Shown: in pieces, positions 35,438-46,239 of the stretch
How positions within the stretch are numbered: the first letter of the stretch is position 1
Layout of the letters: each line of letters begins with the position of its first letter
DNA from: Klebsormidium nitens
Taxonomy: Eukaryota > Plantae > Klebsormidiophyceae
Reading direction: 5' to 3'
Length of the DNA: 64,000 nucleotides
Assembly (NCBI GenBank): GCA_000708835.1
Contig: DF236987.1
Span: forward strand, 186,001 to 250,000
The notes under the pieces: model-generated
Database searches by the model: none
Told to the model about the DNA's origin: nothing
What the model saw: the letters and a program-made list of their open reading frames with translations, nothing else
Made by a program: the position numbers and the translations under genes

Positions 35438-38400
35438 ATGAACTTCTTCAGCTCTTTGCTCGGGGAAGATGTTGTGCCGGAGGCGAAAGAGCCTGCCAAG
35501 GGGCAGGACGCAAGCAAGGAGGCCGAAGTAAGTTGCAACTTTCCAATCCCGGGGCTAGTCATAAAAGCCGTTAAGCAGGGCCCTAGGCTTTGCATCTAAG
35601 AGTGGGAGGGCAATGCAAGAACTTGGACAACATGCAGCATGGCTTTGTCCACTGCCAATTAGGGTTCAATTGCTTTCTGGGGCATTCCAGAACATGAGCA
35701 TCTGAGTCTCATTCTGCTTCGAGAGAGAACACAGAGTTTTTTTGTTGAGCACCTATTAGGGCTGTTTGATTGTGCTCAATGGTTGAATATCTCCTTGATG
35801 GTGTTGCAGGAGAACTCTAACGAAGCCCCACCAACAAACCCTTCAGAAAGCAGGTGATCATTGAATGTTTCAGACCCACTGCATTGAGTCCCGGCTCTGG
35901 TCTCTTCCCTCTTAATAACCTGACAATCAGGGCTGTAAAGTGCATCAAGTTTTTTCAACTGACCCGAGCGCTCCTGAAATGCCTTTTCTAGCGAACAGGT
36001 ATACTGAATTGTTGCGGAGGTAGTTTGTTAAGTGCAGTCTGCATTTTCCTCCGGGAGACAGCATAGTACGTTGATAAACAACAGGCATACAAATGCACTC
36101 TCTCCTTTTGCAGTGGCCTCCTTACATTCTTTGGCTCGCTCGCCAAAAAGGTGAGGGGTGGCAAAAGTGCCTCCATTACGCTGCCGTCCCTTTCGATCTT
36201 TCCAAACAAAGAGCCACGAATGCCTTTGATTGAACCCTGCCAGACTGGGGCATGTAATGCTCGTAACCAGTCTGAAAAGTTTGCAGAATGCGTTGCTTTT
36301 GGCAGAGGCTGCATCTCAGTTGAGTACGGCGGTCCAAACACTGCTCCGAACTCTGTTCAATCGATTATCCTCTCATTCACCTGTTACAGTCAGAGGAGGT
36401 CTTGTCAACGTACCAGAAGGACCTGGCTGAGTTTGGGAAGGAATTGAAGAAGGAGACAATCAGCGTGGTCGACACGTCAGCAAAGGCAATCCCGGAAGTG
36501 CCCCACATGTTAGAAACTGGGGCTCATCAAGCGCAGGTACATTCAACAGTTTGTCACCCTGTTGTAACTAATTCGAAAGTTCAACTCGCAATCACAGTTG
36601 CACCTGGTGGCAAGTGCTTGCAGATATGACCCGCAAGTCTCGATGATTGCTGGACATTCAGAGGTTGAAGAGTCTGTCCGTGCTTGGTCTGCGACCGTGC
36701 GGGTCCTTACTTGAACATGTTCGGAGAGCGGTACAGCTTCGCTTACACCTTTGCTTCTGCGTTGCTGTCTGTGCAACAAAGCATCTCGTAGAACGCGGGT
36801 TCTACATGGCGTGTTGGGAGGCCCTGTGCAGGTCAAAGAGCAGGGCGAGGGAGCAAAGAAGAGAATATGACAACTGTGAGCGTTATTTTGCAGAACAATC
36901 TGGAGAAAGTTGGCCATGTCATTGAGGATTTTGGATCTTCCTTCTGGCGAGGGTAAGCTCATTTACTTTCAGGACTTTGTCATATTCCCATAATGTGTCC
37001 GCACACAACATGTCGAATCTTTCAGGCCTCTGCTCGATCGGTATTTGATCTGACAAATCGATCTCGCTTTTGAGATCAAGGACCTGCGTGGATTGTGAAG
37101 TTTTGGTCCCTGCAATGACGAGGCAGCTACAAGGATTTCTGCGTTCAAGACTGCATAGTCAGCTGATGTTTAAGGTCTGCTTCCAGCATTTTCGGGAGGA
37201 TTTTGGGACAGCGCATAAGGAGTGAGACCGATTGTCGGAAAGAGCCTGGGACTTACTGTAAGTAGACACGAGTAGTAAAGAGATTTGGAGCTCAAGGTTG
37301 TTGGCTTTCGTTTGGCGTCACCACCTTCCACGAAGCAGTCATGCCTTGCTCGACTTTCCAGGACGACCGAGATCTTCGGCCAGGTGAAGGATGCTATCAA
37401 GCAGGCTGATCACGAGATCTCGGCAACTGCCAAGCGGGAGAAGGGGTCATCGTCGTTTTCCACGATTCCTAGAGGGTAAGTATGCTTTTCACATACTTGG
37501 AGCACCCGCATCCAAAGTTTTGAAGAAGATGCGTCTAGAAAATGAAGGACATGCGACCAGATGGAAGCCGTTGAAGCTGTTAGAAAGCGGGCCACTTTTG
37601 ACCTCTTTTCAATACTTCCTCCTCTTCAAAGGGCGTCAGATCTCCCAGCAAACAGGGAGGTCAATGAGTCGCACTTATTGACATCAACTGGGAGTCTCCC
37701 ATCGATGCTTTGAAACCGCAATGCTGGATAGAGTGCTTGAAGTCAAGAGTTTCGAACTCTTGAGACCCGGCCAAACGTGCTCCGTTGTCAACAAGAGATC
37801 CACAGCACTCGTCAAGCAACGAGTTCCTGCCCATCTTAAGAATCCCCTGTGCTCAAACGAAAGAGACTTCTCTTTATTTGTGCTTCATCTTGATGAAACG
37901 TGTAAGACCAGCAACGAACGACAACGTGTCCTTTTCCCAGCCTTCCCACAAAAGACCCAGGATTCCATTCTGGTTCGATTTCTTGCAGGAAGTACAGCCG
38001 GTTTGAGGCGCAGGTCAACGCGATGCAGCGGGACAGCAGCACGTACTGCGATGAGCCTGAGGATGCAGACGACTACGCGAAGTGGAGGGAGGAGTTCAAG
38101 CTGGACTCGAAGTGAGCCTAAAAGCAGAGTTTCCCTCAAGCGGGTTGTCGGTGGCGCACGGTGCTCACTCGTCGGTCCCTTCGAGATTTTTTTTTTTGGA
38201 AAAAGACAGAGCAGCAGGCTCAAACTTACCGGATGCAAAATCGAAAAACACACAAAGCCGTTTCAGCGAGAAACTGCGACGGGTGATCCAGCAAGAGACT
38301 CCCTTGTCAGATGTCCAAGCTTCTCTGAATTAACGACTTCAATGCACCCTGGAGACAGTTGTCTCCTTCAAAGTGGCGATCTTTGACCACGCACTGTGCT

Positions 38401-41400
38401 GTGCAGGAAAGAGGAGATCGAGAAGATCGGAAAGGAGAACGCCTTTATGCAGGAACTACAGTCGCGGATAGGTAGGGCCACAGTCCTTGATTTGCTGCAC
38501 TCACTGTCGTCCTGAAGTTCGTCGGTCACACTCTTTAGGTTCGTGGATTATTCTCGGGGTAGTTTTGATGAGGACAAGTGGCAGACCATGAAGGTCTTGT
38601 CGCTTGCTTGCAATTGACGACACCTGCCGCTTTCTTTCAAATCGACGAATCTGTTGGTATCTAATCCAAGCCGGCTCGACAGAAATACAAGCCCATGAGG
38701 CCAAATGCCGCCTACGATATGTCACAGACTTTGCCCGACTTTGCTTGGGAAGCTGCTGACGTCATCCCGCTTTCTTCGGGTTAATCATTTCCAAAAGACC
38801 AGCAGGTTGAAGAAACGACCGAGCTTTTCGCATCCTGTTGGTGCCACGGGTGTCTTATGCAAACGGTCGCCGAAACCGGCGACCTCCAGAAAGGTGTCAA
38901 AGCTCGCAAGCCGTCTGTCATGAACCCTGCTTGGTCGCCGAATTGGGGCGAATCGTGCCGAATCGCGGCGACTTGACGGTTGAAAGCATGCTGACCGTCT
39001 TCTCCCCCTCGTTTCCGTGGCAGTTCCCCTCATCGTGGAGTACGACACCTTTTGGACCCGGTACTTCTACCGGCTGCACAAGCTGAAGCAAGCGGAGGAG
39101 GCGCGCGCCGGCCTGGTCAAGAGTGAGCCCGCCGTTCTTCGGTTCTGTTTGGACCCGAGAGAAGAGGATACCTAGAAGAAGATACCTAGGGGAGACAGCG
39201 CAATGTGGGAGAATGTCTTCGCGCTCTATCCTACCCTCGCAACGTGCCCCTTTCGATGCATTAGCCGAGATTTTGCTTCGTCAAGAACGTCGTAAAGGTG
39301 CCTGTGTCCTGCTACTTTGAAAAGCAAATTGTGTGTCCACCTAACAGACCAGAGTAAGCCGAGCGTCTGTATCCGGCTGCTGTGTGCATAAGATTGTGTC
39401 GCGCGTCTTAGCAGCAGCGATCTCTCGCCGTTTTTACAAAAGATCGATTCCGTAGCGAACAAAAGCAAAAGCCGAGAGGGAGACACTTGGACCTTCCTCC
39501 ACCTCTTCGCAGTCCAAAGAGAAGCATCATAAAAGTCAATTCTCTGAACGAAAGCTGAGCCGGAAAGCGATTTCTTGTGCAGGGGCCTCATTCCGTAGAA
39601 AACAGTGCTCAAATTTTAAGGCGTCTGCCAACGTCCGTACAGACTCCTAACACCAACACGCGTTTCTGCTCACTTTCAGGGGCCTCATTGAAGAGTGAGG
39701 AGCTCACAAAAGACGACGTAGGACGCTTTAGGGATTTGGAGACGCTTGTGATCTTTTCCAACGTATTTCAGAACACTGACGCCCGTTTCTGCTCTCTTAG
39801 CAGGGGCCTCAATCTGAAGAGTATGGAGCTCAGCAGGGACGACGGCGGGAAATTTCAAGCCTCCGGGGACGTGTGATATCTGGCCCATCACTTTGAACAC
39901 CAACACGCGTTTCTGCTCACTTGCAGGGGCCTCCGCTCCCGAAGAGGAGGAGCTCAGCTGGGACGTCGACGAGCCCAACACGCCCGCCGGCGCCCGGCAG
40001 CCGCGGTCGCCCCCGGCCCTCCCCCCGGTCCCCGAGACCGAGACCCCGCAGCCCGGGACCGCGGACGAGGAGCCCCCCGCGGCCGCTGACGTCAGCGTGA
40101 CGTCACCCGACGAGGCGGCGGCGCCAGAAGCCGCGGAAGTGGCGGCGGCCGAGGGTGAGGAGAAGGAGACGGTAACGGAAGGGGCGGCAGCGGACGAGAG
40201 CAAGAAGGACTCCCCGGTCGTGCCGGCGTCGCCGCGGGGGCCGAGCGACGAGGAGGGGACGACCAGCGACGGCAGCCCCGAGGGGAGCACGGGCAGCGGG
40301 TGGCTGGTGGTTGGGAAAGGTGAGGATTGGATCACTCTTCATGAAATCAATAACCGAGCAGTTTGACAGTTCAATGCAGTCTTCCTCGTTGATCTGACGC
40401 CCATCTTGGGCAGTTCGTCTCAGTCGTCATGTCAAATTTGCAGACATTTGAAGTTGATACTGCTCGTTCTCAGGTTGACTAAGCGCATGTTGACTAAGGA
40501 TAGTGCGCGGGGGTACAAACAAACCTTACAACCTAACCCGACAAATAACCCCCGCTCCGCACCCGTACCCACCCTCAGCCCCAAAGCAACTTTTTCTGGC
40601 CCCCGGGCGCTTTCCTTAGTCAACATGCCCTTAGTCAATATAAAGTCGAGACCTATTTGAAGTTTCAGGAACGGACCCGGTCAGCTTTTCCCGCGGATCG
40701 TTAATGCCTTCGGGCGGACCCCTTGGGTCCATGACAGTCTCGCGTATATTTAGGAAGCAACCCTCTGCAAACCTGAAGGACGGACCAGCTCGTTGAGGGT
40801 TTGTTCCAACGCGTAACGTCTTCTATGCATTGTTCCTCGTTGAGATTGACCGAAAGTCTTCTACAGGTACGGACGCGGTTACGACCGTCAAAGTGTCGCC
40901 CACGCCCCAAGTCGCCGAGAAGGAGACGGCCAAGGAGTTGGAGCAACTAGAGGTGGACGATCTGGACGTCGAGGAGCCGGAGGGAGCTCCAGAGGTTGCG
41001 CGAGCGCCCGCGTCCAGGGAGAAGGGCAAGGGGACCGAGGAGGAAGGCGAGGTGAGCGCCATTGGAAATGTTCGAAGATTGCTGAAGCCGAATCTCGTGC
41101 TTTAAACATTGAAGCAGGAGGGATACATCATTTTGATGAATTGTGTAACGGGGATTGAGGAAGAACGCGAGGTAAGAGATTTTGGGACGCTGGTGGAGGG
41201 TGTCATTTGGCGTACCCGTATTGTCTAACGTTAGCTGTGTCATAGCCGAGATGCCGAGTCTCAACGGCAGTCTGCTACGGGCTCAAGGGAAGACAATCAG
41301 GCTCCATGCACGGCTCATGCCATGTCTTCAAGACTGGAGCAAAGCCCTCTGTCGACGATCTCAGGACTCTTGGGTCTTGAAGACAAGGCTATTTCAGATT

Positions 41401-41624
41401 TTCAGGTTTCTCTTATGCACGGATTCGTTTGAGGGTGTGTTTGTCTTACCTCGATGAAATTGAACATTGAGAAAATCCGACACTGGCTTCTTGATCTCGT
41501 AACTTGCTTGCAGAGTGGAGCGATCCCGGTCAAGCAACGCTCTTCTGTTGAGTGTCGCTTCTATATGATTGTCCTGCTCACTCGATCCTTTTGCTGCTCA
41601 CAGGACTGGGGTGCTTGGGAGTAG
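35438..41624 (+). CDS. BSD-domain-containing protein, 12 exons
   Basis: Exons 35438-35527, 35810-35853, 36114-36150, 36390-36536, 36894-36952, 37362-37475, 37989-38111, 38407-38471, 39024-39122, 39927-40319, 40867-41051, 41604-41624; all phases consistent. Plant BSD-family motifs YQKDLAEF, KYSRFEAQVNAMQRDSSTYCDEPED, VPLIVEYDTFWTRYFY, ELSWD, C-terminal DWGAWE*. Confidence 0.9.
39570..39850 (+). repeat. Three copies of the BSD exon-10 acceptor junction
   Basis: cg(t)ttctgctc(a/t)ctt..cag|gggcctc...gaagag..ggagctca at acceptors 39582, 39679 and 39803; real acceptor at 39926. Confidence 0.88.
40475..40638. mobile_element. MITE-like element with ~39-bp terminal inverted repeats in BSD intron 10
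   Basis: Left arm ttgactaagcgcatgttgactaaggatagtgcgcggggg versus the reverse complement of the right arm ttgactaagggcatgttgactaaggaaagcgcccggggg (4 mismatches). No clear target-site duplication. Confidence 0.65.
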
Positions 41625-43266
41625 AGGCGAAATGGAAGCAAGACGTCTGTTCCTCTTGTAGGCGCTCATGTATATACTGCGTCCTGTAGATCAGCCGTGT
41701 AGAAACAATTGCAATCTCAATCAATCTCCAGCAGCAAGAAGCTGAGATGTCTGACGGACGCAGCGTTGCAGTTCTCTGCTGCGGGAGACTGATGGGCGTG
41801 CCCACCACGATCTGTACATGCCAACACTGCTGAACTATACAAATCAGTATTGCTTATTTTGTATATGAACAGATCACTATATCAGCGGGACTTATCAATG
41901 ATCATTATGTGAGCTAGAATACTGCGGTCCTCCTGAAGCATGCCAGACTTCTGATCATGCAATCATAGTCGCAGTAGGTTTTACTTTGATTCTCTTTGTC
42001 GAGTCAAGTAGTTGACGCATGTTATGGTCAATTCCCTTACCGGATGTCTCGGAGCGCGCCCTTGATTGCAATCCTGTTCAGAACAGTCTCGCGAGTGACG
42101 GCTTTTATCATTCTGAAGGTGATGGGAAACCAATCCTTAAATTGGATGAGGCGTTGCGGCTGATCCATGTAAACGTTGAAAGAGAAGCATGTCCTTCCGA
42201 CAATGATTGCATGCCTGGCCCGCCGCCATGCATCATTCAATGCAGCTAGTCTGATTTGCATGGGCCTAATTTGCTTTGCTTGTTCTGTGTCTGACCTTTT
42301 GCATGTCGGCTGGAATTGCCATGATCAGCACAAGCCAAGAGCACAAGCCCATAGATGCCGCCTGCAGCTTGCAAACTAGTAATTGGATTTGTAATTCGCC
42401 GGTTCCTTTTTCCCCTCCAAAGAAGAGATCTCCAAAGCTTCAAGTTTGAAGTACGGGGCAGGGGTTTTTAAATGGCCCGGCGTCAGGCTTGCACTTCCAA
42501 CCTAGTTTGCCATCTTAATGCCGCACAAGCCATGAGAGTCTCCGGCCTACCACGTTCTACCTACCCGAATCGGCGCTGCAAAATCCCGGGGTTGAGAACA
42601 AGTATAAGCACAGCTGGTGGACAATTCCAAGGAGACAAATTGTTGAGAAGCATTTCAAGCAAGACGTACTTGTAGCGTTGATGCGGTGTACTACGGACCT
42701 CTGGTAGGTAGGTAGGCAATGATAGGCTAGCCGTTGGAAAGCAGCTGCGGACTTACACAAACTCATACATGTATGCCATGAGAAGCCTATGGCCTATTTG
42801 GCTACCCGGCGAGAATTCGAAAAGAGACCATCATTCAATGCAGCTAGTCTTGCAACCATTGCATGCGCTTATAAGTGCAGTGCGCAATTAATGTGTTAAT
42901 TAATTGCAAGACGATTGAAAACCATCAACAAGCGCAGCAATTAGCTAGCTGCTATATATCATTTGTATTCGCATGGTGTGACGGAGAGAGCTGGAAGTCA
43001 GGAACAGGCCCATGCGAATGTTCATGATTCGACGTACGTGATCACTCGAGCTAAGCCTATGACTTGACGGATTATATCAAAGCGGGCTGCTCAGCTCAGT
43101 GCATGGTCTGGTGCCCGGTCACCTGTGCCGAAATCGCGCATTCAACGAATGGGCCATGCAATCGACTCAAGGCTAAAAGCCGTTCTAAATATAAGCATAA
43201 GCAATTCATTTCTTGCTCCAACTACATTGAGCCGCCTCTACTGAGCTCAGCCCGTCGAATCTTTAG

Positions 43267-44317
43267 CTAGATAACACGCAAAACTGTTCCTTCGGCTTCC
43301 CCCTTGCATCCATCTTTCCCCTTCACCTCTTCCTCCTCCGACTCCGTTACTTCTTTCCCTCCGAGTCTTCTTCCGAGTCCTTCCTCTCCTCGTCACCTTT
43401 CGCATTCTTCTCAGGGAAGGCAATCGCGTAATACAGATCCTGATCGACAATCTCTTCTTCTTCGTCCTCGTCCTGCTGGCTCCCTTGGTCGCCCCCTGGC
43501 CACATCCCTAAGTCTTCCTCCTCTTCCTCCTCTTCCTCTGGATCTTCTTTATCGTCCTCGAAACCTTCGTCATCTTCCCTCCTCTACTTCCTCCTCGTCT
43601 TCCTCCTCGTCTTCCTCCTCGTCTTCCTCCTCTAGTTCCTCCCCTTCTAGTTCCCAGTCGTCCTCATCTCCCTCCTCCTCGCCTATTCCGTCAGAAAGCC
43701 AGCCTTCTTCCTCCTCGTCCATGTCGCCATCCTCCTCGCCGTAAGGATCCTCTTCATCTTCGTCCTGTGGTTGTGCGCCTGCCAGAATATCGACTTGATC
43801 GTCTCTACATTTATGGAATAGCAGTAGAGCCTTGGCAATCACACATCCAAAATCAACAGCTCACCTAAAACAAGGGTCGTACCCGATGTCATTCCAAAGA
43901 ATGGTGTTAAACTCTGGAAGTAAGAGCTAGAGGCTTGACAGGGTTTGGTCTTCTCAAACATCGAAAATGGGAAGCTGTGCCCGCTTCAATTTGCGGCACT
44001 TGCACGCTTTCTAGCAACACACAAAGAACACACAAAAGACAGGCCAACCGAAGATCTTGGATTGTCCAAGGAGAAGATGAACGAAAGTCGTTGCTCCGAT
44101 CACCAAATTTTGACAGCGGAGGGGACCAGAAAGTAGGCACAAAAGAATCGAGTGGTTGTTATTGCAGAACCTACAGTGAGTCTGATGCTGAGCAAGACTC
44201 ACCTGGTTCTTGTATCTCCTCTATTTTGATGTGTAGCAAAGGGCGTTTCTTCTGCAGCGCCACCACCCTCGTCATGATTGCACTCTCAACAAGCTTCCCC
44301 GCCCGGAGCTCGAGGAG
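43267..44317 (-). pseudogene. Disabled 3' part of the F-box gene (rest of exon 1, exon 43913-43865, exon from 43804 encoding a long Glu/Asp tract)
   Basis: The frame stays open past the TGA to a CAG|GTGAGT donor at 44203. It splices in phase to a 49-nt exon and then to the acidic exon, which has a +1 shift near 43578 and a -1 shift near 43355 before TAG at 43267. Confidence 0.55.
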
Positions 44318-45439
44318 TCATAGCGACGGTGCGTTATTAAGTAGCCAGTCAAAAATCTGGTAAGACTCGTTCGTCCGTAAACCATCTGTAAAGTTCTTCA
44401 AGTCTAACGAGAGCGACCAAAGATATGGCCACTGGTCTCTGTGTTCCAGACACGTAGGTGAGACACGCAAGATCTGAAAGAAGCTTGCCGTCAAGTGCAA
44501 GGTCTCGAGGCTTTGCCCAACTATGCTCCCAAACCTGCTGACTCTAATCCTGTTGCTGGGCTCATCGATGATCAGGCGTCGGTTCCATGGCAGATAGAGG
44601 CGTTTGAGGCCAATGGCAGGACCAATCAGTTGTTGCAACCTGGCATCCCAGTCAACTCTTGAAACAGGAAATGAATATGGATGTAGATGGAGTTCCGTTA
44701 GGCTTTTGAGAGAGGTGTTATCTGCGTGCAGTATTGTCCCCGGGCAAAATGAAAGCGTTTTGAGCCCTGGACCAGATTCAATCTGCACATCTCGGAGGTT
44801 GCCAGTTAAGCTGAGGGTCTCTAGTACCGGCAACTTCAGAACGAGCTTTTGGAAAGCGGCCCCACTCCCAGCTCCTATTATCTGGAACCTCGCTATTGAC
44901 TGTGATTGGACATGCAGGGTTTTATGATTGGTGGTTCTCTCTGTATCCACAAAATCCCCCACCAACAAGGTTGTCAGGGAAGGGCAGGACGCAAGGAGCG
45001 TCTTTAGAGACTCAGTGTCAACGTTGAACGTGTATACTTCCAAGAAAACCAGATTCTCGAACCTTGAGCCGACATACATGTCCTTTGGGACTGGTTCTGA
45101 CAGCATTGAAGCTGGCGCAGCATTGATTTCATCTACAGCCAACTCTTTCAGTGCAGGCAGATTCTCTGCCACCCCGCTCAAAAACTTGTAGTTGACGACG
45201 TAGTCCAAGCCAAGCTCTATGGGATCAAACTGTGACTGGATTAGTTGAGCACCATTCTCTGGAGCATGTCTTGTTGAGACCCGCCCCCAACTCCTTGGTT
45301 TCAAATGCAAGGAGCCTGCCCGCCTTGCCAAATCCCTGAACCGCTTGCAAACCCCTCTATATTGGCAAATATCTTCCAGTAGTGGCAGCCGTCTGAAGAT
45401 ACTTGACAGGACCTCATCTGGCAGGTCCTCCAGCGTCAT
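44318..45439 (-). CDS. F-box / LRR-like protein (F-box at N-terminus), ORF ends at a TGA that appears premature
   Basis: Single long ORF. MTLEDLPDEVLSSIFRRLP...RGVCKRFR is an F-box, followed by LxxLxL repeats (LKTLLASCPSLTTLLV, LKLPVLETLSL). Confidence 0.82.
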   Translation of the reverse strand: MTLEDLPDEVLSSIFRRLPLLEDICQYRGVCKRFRDLARRAGSLHLKPRSWGRVSTRHAPENGAQLIQSQFDPIELGLDYVVNYKFLSGVAENLPALKELAVDEINAAPASMLSEPVPKDMYVGSRFENLVFLEVYTFNVDTESLKTLLASCPSLTTLLVGDFVDTERTTNHKTLHVQSQSIARFQIIGAGSGAAFQKLVLKLPVLETLSLTGNLRDVQIESGPGLKTLSFCPGTILHADNTSLKSLTELHLHPYSFPVSRVDWDARLQQLIGPAIGLKRLYLPWNRRLIIDEPSNRIRVSRFGSIVGQSLETLHLTASFFQILRVSPTCLEHRDQWPYLWSLSLDLKNFTDGLRTNESYQIFDWLLNNAPSL

Positions 45440-46239
45440 CGACGATGCCCACTTAGATCGAAACACAATGGTGCAGCTTCGATTGCAACTGAAAAGAATT
45501 TGACAGCGAAGAAGCTTTCCTGACAATGATATTAGGTCACAATGCTGTTCACACAGAAGCACCGTTCATTGCTCCTTTCACATTTGAAATGCTGCACATG
45601 CTCAGATTTGTCAAATTCAGCATTGAAGCTTTGCTGGACCCTTGGTTTCGAGCTGCGGTTATGCACTGGTTAACTTTCTCGCAAGCTAGGAGGGCGGCAA
45701 GCATGTCCTAGAAAGATAAAAATTAGGTTAACCTAACCCATATCAGTGCCATTCAACGCAGCCTGGTGAGAAGTCTTGAAGTTGAACCAATTTGTCAGTG
45801 TCACTGTCACTGTTCTGTGCCGCCTTCCCGCACGAAAAACTTTCAACAGCAATGGGGGACACAGAAGCTGCTGTTCAGGTACATTTTGATACAGCTCTTT
45901 ATATTCAAGAATGCTTTTGGGGGCTGCAAGAAGCTGTTCACTAGCATATGCACTTAGTACCACCAGGTAGGGGGAATGCTCAAGTGTTGGCAGAAAGCAG
46001 AACATCCCCCATGCTGCTTATGAAGCTGCTGTCCATTTTCCAAGACGTACAGAGTTTGAATTCATAAGCTCACAGTCACAGGCAATGCCCACAAAAGAGC
46101 GATGAGGAAACTGCTGGTGAACCAAGCCCTCAGTGGTTTGATGTGATCAACCATATTGACTCCTATTCAAACGTTGGGGGGCTCCAGGTAGGTGTATTCT
46201 TGTCCAGCCTCCTTATCCTTGCTAACACCTATCTTCCTC

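Noticed and set aside
39685-40335. 216-aa minus-strand ORF, and similar ones at 13403-13801, 20584-21135 and 18555-18971
   Set aside because: These are antisense shadows of GC3-rich exons of BSD and PurL, with no recognisable domains.
43304-43744. Ser-rich 146-aa ORF on the plus strand
   Set aside because: It is the antisense shadow of the GAG/GAA/GAC acidic tract on the minus strand.
44318-44320. Selenocysteine recoding of the F-box TGA
   Set aside because: It is not in a redox motif, I see no SECIS, and the context fits Arg (CGA) better.
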